A program made the position numbers and the translations under genes. A DNA stretch of 11,932 nt from NCBI GenBank assembly GCA_049969675.1, contig JBMFOP010000093.1, positions 1-11,932 on the forward strand, given 5' to 3'. The notes under the pieces are model-generated. The model saw nothing but the letters and a program-made list of their open reading frames with translations, did no database searches and had not been told where the DNA came from. Source of the stretch: Myxococcota bacterium. Lineage in GTDB: Bacteria; Myxococcota; SpSt-1050. Below, piece after piece: positions 6,622 through 11,932 of this stretch. Numbering within the stretch: the stretch's first letter is position 1; every line of letters begins with the position of its first letter.

Positions 6622-8538
6622 ATGAATAGAAACCTATTTCTTCTTCTCATTCTTCTGCCTTTTTTTATATCAATCGGTTGTTCTGAAAGGGGGGAGGCAA
6701 CTTCTGATATCGCTATAGCTGAGGATGTCGGTCTGTTTGATGTAATTACGGATACAATGCCACAGGATGTAATTGAGAGGGTTGAGTCCTGTAAGCCAGC
6801 AGAACTCAAGGATATCAATGGTGGGCTTTATGGTAAGTTCTCTCTTTCCTTATTTCATTACAACATTCAATATATTGCTGGAGGAGGAGAGAAGTATGAA
6901 AATGCCATTATTAGAATAGGGTTTGAACCAATACTTGATATTCTGCTCAGACACCCCGACTGGAAGTTTACGATTGAGATGCAGGGGTATATGATTGAGA
7001 TTATGGCAGGACGTTTCCCGAAGACATTTGAAAAATTAAAGAGTCTTGTTAAGAACTGTCAGGTAGAGCTCATCTCATTCCATTATTCTGATCAGCTCTT
7101 TCTGGCTTATCCGGAGATGGATATGCAATGGTCATTTGATTTGAATCGGGCAGTCTTTGAGAGATTTGGATTATTTCCATCAGGAGTTGTCTTTACGCAG
7201 GAGGGGCAGTTCGGTGAGGGTATGCTCAAATTTATGAGGAAGAACGGTCTGAGTATCGGACTGTATCCAAAAAATCTATTTAGATATTTTAATGGTGGTA
7301 TGATGGTAAAGCCACTATATAGTAAATATGAGACTGATGTTGTGATTGTTGGGGCGGGTGTAAATTCTGATGGGGTTGTAGTGGACTGGTCATATTTCAA
7401 TGACGGGGAACTTCTTACAACAGGTGGCTTCTCTCCATATTTTGTAGATACAGGGAACTATAAGATAGATGAGGAATCAATCAGGAAGTATGAAGATGAG
7501 CTCTTGCAGAAGGAGAAAGACGGATATAAGATTACATCTATCGGGGACTATGTCTCCACGATAAAGGCAAAGGGAATTAAGCCAGAGCCACTACCCCCGC
7601 TTCTGGACGGGACCTGGCAACCGGATGACACCAATAATCTACACAGATGGATGGGTGATGCAAAAGGGCCGGTGGACAGAGACAATAAGGTCCTCTCCTC
7701 AAATTATTCTGCAAGAAAATATGTCCAGTCTCTTGAAAAGATGATAAAGTATGCAGATGGTAATGGAGTTGATACTAAGGAATATGAGACAAAACTTCTT
7801 AAGGCAAAGAGATTTCTTGCCTATGCGGAGGTCTCTGATTCAACAGGGTGGTATCCAAATCTGGTAGAGGTCAACTATTCACTTGAGAATGCAAAGAGTG
7901 CAAGAGAACTCTCCATAGATGCCATCAAATCACTCTCAGAGAAACTTAAATTCAAAAAAGTAATAAGAATAGACAATTATAAGGATGAAATCTCAGAGAC
8001 AGAACAGATTGAAGATACGACTATTGATGAATCCTGTCCTGATGATATTCTACTGGATATCAACTCCGATTATTATTCTTATGAGATATTTTGTAAGAAG
8101 ATAAATGATTTCAGAACTGATGTAAGGGTTCTCTTCTCTCCGAGAGATAAGAACGCTACAAGGAGTGTGCAGTTGACTCTTAATTTTGATACCGACGAGA
8201 TAGAGTATGTCCCTGCTCTTATGGATAGTGAGGGTGTAGACTCTGCAATACTCTCATATAAAGGGGTGGATTTTGCCCGCAAGGAATTAAATACATCACT
8301 TGCAACGGGACTGATAAAAGTCGCTGACAGGAGATATCTGATAAAGCATTGTGAATACTTTCATATCGCCCCCTTTATTAACTTTGAAAACAGGAGCATA
8401 ACTTTTATAGATAATTCACCCGAATCAGAGGGGTTTGAATGGAGATTCTCTATTGTAAATGGAGATAAGAGTACAGCATTTGAGGAGATGAAGAGAATAA
8501 ATACACTCCCTGTGGTTTACATTGATATGAGCAGATAA
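6622..8538 (+). CDS. Predicted lipoprotein with a glycoside hydrolase family 57 catalytic domain (alpha-galactosidase-like) and an unassigned C-terminal beta-rich domain
   Basis: Hydrophobic signal peptide ending ISIG-C20, followed by an acidic linker. GH57-like conserved regions occur in the correct order: FHYNIQY (CSR1), QVELISFHY (CSR2), VFTQE194 (CSR3, candidate nucleophile), FND261GE (CSR4, candidate acid/base) and AEVSDSTGW (CSR5). The family call comes from motif recall, not a search, and the substrate is uncertain. Confidence 0.75.
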   Translation: MNRNLFLLLILLPFFISIGCSERGEATSDIAIAEDVGLFDVITDTMPQDVIERVESCKPAELKDINGGLYGKFSLSLFHYNIQYIAGGGEKYENAIIRIGFEPILDILLRHPDWKFTIEMQGYMIEIMAGRFPKTFEKLKSLVKNCQVELISFHYSDQLFLAYPEMDMQWSFDLNRAVFERFGLFPSGVVFTQEGQFGEGMLKFMRKNGLSIGLYPKNLFRYFNGGMMVKPLYSKYETDVVIVGAGVNSDGVVVDWSYFNDGELLTTGGFSPYFVDTGNYKIDEESIRKYEDELLQKEKDGYKITSIGDYVSTIKAKGIKPEPLPPLLDGTWQPDDTNNLHRWMGDAKGPVDRDNKVLSSNYSARKYVQSLEKMIKYADGNGVDTKEYETKLLKAKRFLAYAEVSDSTGWYPNLVEVNYSLENAKSARELSIDAIKSLSEKLKFKKVIRIDNYKDEISETEQIEDTTIDESCPDDILLDINSDYYSYEIFCKKINDFRTDVRVLFSPRDKNATRSVQLTLNFDTDEIEYVPALMDSEGVDSAILSYKGVDFARKELNTSLATGLIKVADRRYLIKHCEYFHIAPFINFENRSITFIDNSPESEGFEWRFSIVNGDKSTAFEEMKRINTLPVVYIDMSR

Positions 8539-8554
8539 GCATTTATTATAGACA

Positions 8555-8608
8555 CGGGGATTTTATAACTTGTTTTAACTTGTTTTTATCCCCGCAAAAT
8601 ATTATAAG
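8555..8608 (+). promoter_or_regulatory. Candidate pfk-nadE promoter/operator region with nested direct and inverted repeats
   Basis: CGGGGAT (8555-8561) and ATCCCCG (8588-8594) form an inverted pair enclosing a perfect tandem TAACTTGTTT x2 (8566-8585). TTGTTT (8580-8585), 17 nt, TATAAG (8603-8608) resembles a -35/-10 pair. Confidence 0.45.
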
Positions 8609-8687
8609 TGAGCAAGAGGATATTCTATGAATAGATTTTCAAATAGAGTTTTTAGAATTTTTATCAGATTGAAGGGAGTTATAGGGT

Positions 8688-10034
8688 ATGAAGAATGATA
8701 CATTCATCTATCAGAGGGTTATTGAAAATCCTGAGGAGTATTCGTTTAAGATTGAGTCGTTGGGGGAGTGCACTATTAATAATCCTATTAAACGAAAAGA
8801 GTTTGTATCAGACGATGAAAAGGTGGTCTTCCCATCACAATTAAAGAATATTTTGAAATTGATTAATACAGAGAATTTTCCAGCATTTCAGAAGGCAGGT
8901 CCCAGGGCTAAGATCTTTCACGACCCCAGCTGGACCAAGGCTGCAATCGTTACCTGTGGTGGGCTCTGTCCAGGGCTCAATGATGTCATAAAGGGACTGG
9001 TGAGAGTTTTAGAGTGTGATTATGGTGTAAAGGCGATCTATGGGATAAGATATGGCTATCGTGGATTAAATCCCAAATATAAACACGAGCCAATCCTTCT
9101 AAATTCTCAGAATGTTGACAATATCCATGAACAGGGAGGTAGTATCCTCGGTTCTTCCAGAGGAAATCAACCTGTTGATGTTATGGTGGATACACTTGTT
9201 AGAAAGGATATCAATATTCTATTCTGTATCGGAGGGGATGGAACACTAAAAGGGGCAAGGGCTATATCTCTGGAAGCAAAAAAGAGGGGATTAAAGATAA
9301 GTGTGATAGGGGTTCCAAAGACTATTGACAATGATATCTCATTTGTAGAACGTTCCTTTGGATTTGAGACGGCAGTATATAAGACATTTGATATCATTTC
9401 AAGTGCACACAATGAGGCGGAGGGGGCATACAATGGTATATCTATAATTAAACTAATGGGCAGGGATTCGGGTTTTATCGCAGTGTCAGCAACACTTGCA
9501 AATTCTGTTGTAGATATATGTCTTATCCCCGAGGTGGATTTTGAGATGGATGGAGAAAATGGATTGAAGAAGGCAGTGCTGAGATGCCTTAATAAGAATA
9601 AGCACTGTGTAATTGTGGTGGCGGAAGGGGCCGGGCAGAAGTTCTTTGGTGATCAGAAGGAGGTAGACCCATCCGGAAATGTAAAGCATAAAGATATTGG
9701 AGTCTTTATTAGAGACGAGTTGTCAAAGTTTTTAAAGGGGGAGAATATCGATTTCTCTCTCAAATACTTTGACCCATCTTACATTATAAGGAGTTCTCCG
9801 GCACAGGGGACTGATGCCATATTCTGTCTTTTACTGGCTGAGCATGCTGTACACGCAGCGATGGCAGGTAAGACTGAATGCCTCATAGGCACCTGGAATA
9901 ACTTCTTCACGCATGTCCCCATCTCTCTGGCTGTTATAGAGAGGAGGAAGATACATCCCGAGGAGGCATTATATAAGGCAATGCTCTCAGCCACGAGACA
10001 GGAAGATTATTTTAGATCAGAGAAGGAAGAATAG
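8688..10034 (+). CDS. pfkA: ATP-dependent 6-phosphofructokinase, PFK group II clade X type
   Basis: N-terminal extension with FQKAGPRAKIF, then AAIVTCGGLCPGLNDVI, GGSILGSSRG, IGGDGT, GVPKTIDNDI, SFGFETAV, KLMGRDSGFIA, VIVVAEGAG and KYFDPSYIIRS. Confidence 0.93.
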   Translation: MKNDTFIYQRVIENPEEYSFKIESLGECTINNPIKRKEFVSDDEKVVFPSQLKNILKLINTENFPAFQKAGPRAKIFHDPSWTKAAIVTCGGLCPGLNDVIKGLVRVLECDYGVKAIYGIRYGYRGLNPKYKHEPILLNSQNVDNIHEQGGSILGSSRGNQPVDVMVDTLVRKDINILFCIGGDGTLKGARAISLEAKKRGLKISVIGVPKTIDNDISFVERSFGFETAVYKTFDIISSAHNEAEGAYNGISIIKLMGRDSGFIAVSATLANSVVDICLIPEVDFEMDGENGLKKAVLRCLNKNKHCVIVVAEGAGQKFFGDQKEVDPSGNVKHKDIGVFIRDELSKFLKGENIDFSLKYFDPSYIIRSSPAQGTDAIFCLLLAEHAVHAAMAGKTECLIGTWNNFFTHVPISLAVIERRKIHPEEALYKAMLSATRQEDYFRSEKEE

Positions 10035-10037
10035 TTT

Positions 10038-11687
10038 ATGAAGCTCGCCATCGCCCAGATAAATACTGTGCCATCAGATTTTGAATGGAACTTTCGTAAG
10101 ATTACAGATTATGTATTGGAGGCAAAATCGTCTGGAGCTGATATGGTTGTCTTCCCAGAGCTTGCACTATCAGGGTATATGAATCAGGACATAATCTATA
10201 CAGTGGAATTTGTTGAGGAGAATAGGAGATATCTAAAGAGAGTTCAAAACATTTCTGATGGTATTGGAATTTTGATCGGTCATATTGAAGCCGAAAAAAA
10301 TAGAGTTCATTTTAACAAAAAGGATATATCCTCTCTCAGGTTTGGTGGGGAGTTCAGATATTACAATTCGGCAACACTCTTTTACGATCGGAAGAGGATA
10401 TTTACATATCATAAGCAGAGACTACCTTCATTTGATGTTTTTAACGAAGAGCGTTACTTTACTGTGAATAAGCAGAGAGGGGTATTCCATTTTAAAGGTA
10501 AGAGGTTTGGCTTAAATATCTGTGAGGACATATGGTATGAGGATGGGCCCTATGAGAGAGAGGCAGAGTCTGGTGTTGATATAATAATAAACATCAGTGC
10601 CTCACCGTTTTATGTCGGTAAACCAGAGATAAGGATTAAAATGATTTCAGAGAAGGCAAGGATGTACGGGATATTTACAATTTATGTAAATTCAGTTGGT
10701 GGACAGGATGAGTTAATTTATGATGGCAACTCCCTTGTATTTGATTCAAAAGGTAGATTGATAGCAAAAGGGATGGCTTTTTCAGAGGAACTACTCTCAA
10801 TTGATACAGAGGGGAGATATAAGCCGATAATTGCAGAATTTAATAAGAATGAGCTTATATTTAATGGGATTATATGTGGTATAAGAGATTATTTTAAGAA
10901 GAACAACATAGAGAGGGCAGTTGTAGGTCTATCAGGTGGTATTGATTCCGCGCTCGTCTCAACTCTGTGCAGAATTGCATTGGGGGATGAGAATATTATA
11001 AATGTCTTTATGCCATCTGAATTTACATCGGTTGAGAGTCTCAGGCTGGTTGAGGATTTTATCAGGCGACAGAAGACAAGACTTGTCAGGATTCCTATTA
11101 AGAAGATTTATAATAGCTTCTGTGATGAACTTAAAGATTATAAAAAAGATCTATCCCTCCCATTTGAAAACCTTCAGTCCAGAATAAGAGGGAGTATCCT
11201 GATGTTTATGGCAAATTCTTTTGGTGGGGCGGTAGTGGCGACAGGGAATAAGAATGAGATAGCCCTTGGATATAATACATTATATGGAGATACAGTTGGG
11301 GCAATTGCCCCGATAGGGGATCTATACAAAGATGAGGTGATTTCCCTCTGTAACTACATAAATCAAAAATATTCTGAAATAATACCTGTAGAAATTATCA
11401 ATAGAGTTCCAACAGCAGAACTGAGAAGGGGTCAGAGGGATGAGGATGATTTGCCTTTATATAGCATTACAAATAGGCTGTTGCCCGAGATGATTGAAAA
11501 GAATCGCACAGATAAGGAGTTGATAAAGATGGGTTTTGACCCCAAAGTGTTAGAATTTGTACACCTATCAATTAAGAGGTCTGAGTTTAAAAGACATCAG
11601 ATGCCACCTATAATAAAGCTCAAGCCCAAATCATTTGGCTCTGGAAGAAGGATCCCAATTACAAATCATTTCAATTATCTTAGATAA
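10038..11687 (+). CDS. nadE: Glutamine-dependent NAD+ synthetase (nitrilase-like glutaminase domain plus synthetase domain)
   Basis: Glutaminase triad in VFPEL (E), YHKQRLP (K) and ICEDIW (C), with FNEERYF, SASPF and VGGQDELIYDG. Synthetase domain has GLSGGIDS, ENLQSRIRG, TGNKNE, GYNTLYGD, DLYK, PTAEL and SEFKR. It starts 3 nt after the pfk stop. Confidence 0.97.
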   Translation: MKLAIAQINTVPSDFEWNFRKITDYVLEAKSSGADMVVFPELALSGYMNQDIIYTVEFVEENRRYLKRVQNISDGIGILIGHIEAEKNRVHFNKKDISSLRFGGEFRYYNSATLFYDRKRIFTYHKQRLPSFDVFNEERYFTVNKQRGVFHFKGKRFGLNICEDIWYEDGPYEREAESGVDIIINISASPFYVGKPEIRIKMISEKARMYGIFTIYVNSVGGQDELIYDGNSLVFDSKGRLIAKGMAFSEELLSIDTEGRYKPIIAEFNKNELIFNGIICGIRDYFKKNNIERAVVGLSGGIDSALVSTLCRIALGDENIINVFMPSEFTSVESLRLVEDFIRRQKTRLVRIPIKKIYNSFCDELKDYKKDLSLPFENLQSRIRGSILMFMANSFGGAVVATGNKNEIALGYNTLYGDTVGAIAPIGDLYKDEVISLCNYINQKYSEIIPVEIINRVPTAELRRGQRDEDDLPLYSITNRLLPEMIEKNRTDKELIKMGFDPKVLEFVHLSIKRSEFKRHQMPPIIKLKPKSFGSGRRIPITNHFNYLR

Positions 11688-11805
11688 AAGAATAACTATT
11701 GTCCAGAACAATCTGATTTAATAAGTTAACTATTTGTAAAATGAGGAAGGATTATCTCAAATATCAACTTAAAGTATAGAGTCTATTGTTTGTAGAGGAA
11801 TTTTT

Positions 11806-11884
11806 CCTAATTCGGCATAGCCAAAACCAAAGGCCTTAAAAAATCTCTGCACATTTTGGGTAGAAGTTGCGATTAAAGAATCTA
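11806..11884 (-). repeat. Dispersed non-coding repeat, copy B (inverted relative to copy A at 314-393)
   Basis: The reverse complement reads TAGATTCTTTAATCGCAACTTCTACCCAAAATGTGCAGAGATTTTTTAAGGCCTTTGGTTTTGGCTATGCCGAATTAGG, matching 314-393. Confidence 0.93.
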
Positions 11885-11932
11885 AAATATGTTTTACTGA
11901 TTCAGTTTTTCTTTCAATTCATTCAGTCTTAT

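Noticed and set aside
432..9994. Minus-strand ORFs in the track (432-677, 589-825, 629-862, 1757-2137, 2326-2733, 3732-4028, 3781-4224, 4245-4616, 5342-5680, 5493-5741, 6591-6818, 7107-7400, 8079-8282, 9167-9433, 9486-9689, 9779-9994)
   Set aside because: They are antisense shadows of well-supported + strand genes, with Ser/Ile/Phe/Leu-rich composition and no recognisable motifs.
10285..11187. Short alternative-frame + ORFs at 10285-10467 and 11002-11187
   Set aside because: Both lie wholly inside nadE, with no convincing RBS or motifs.
11796..11808. AGGAA-TTT-TTCCT mini-hairpin as a nadE terminator
   Set aside because: Only a 5-bp stem with no U-tract after it, more than 100 nt from the stop, and overlapping the end of the repeat.

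Overview
AT-rich bacterial window (roughly 38-40% GC by eye) with eight co-oriented + strand genes. In order: a cN-II/HAD-IG type 5'-nucleotidase; a translationally coupled gatC-gatA-gatB-mtnA operon; a 638-aa predicted lipoprotein carrying all five GH57 conserved regions and most resembling archaeal GH57 alpha-galactosidases; a clade-X type ATP-dependent 6-phosphofructokinase; and a glutamine-dependent NAD+ synthetase. Most of the content is housekeeping. The main unexplained structure is a 73-80 bp non-coding sequence present twice in inverted orientation (314-393 and 11806-11884, about 85% identical by hand alignment), bracketing the whole 11.4-kb gene block. Both copies can fold into the same two small hairpins, and a third partial copy lies at 264-283. 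No transposase, integrase, rRNA, tRNA or CRISPR array is visible. Gene content and order suggest a deltaproteobacterial-type organism (Myxococcota/Desulfobacterota-like), possibly thermophilic; this is inference only.
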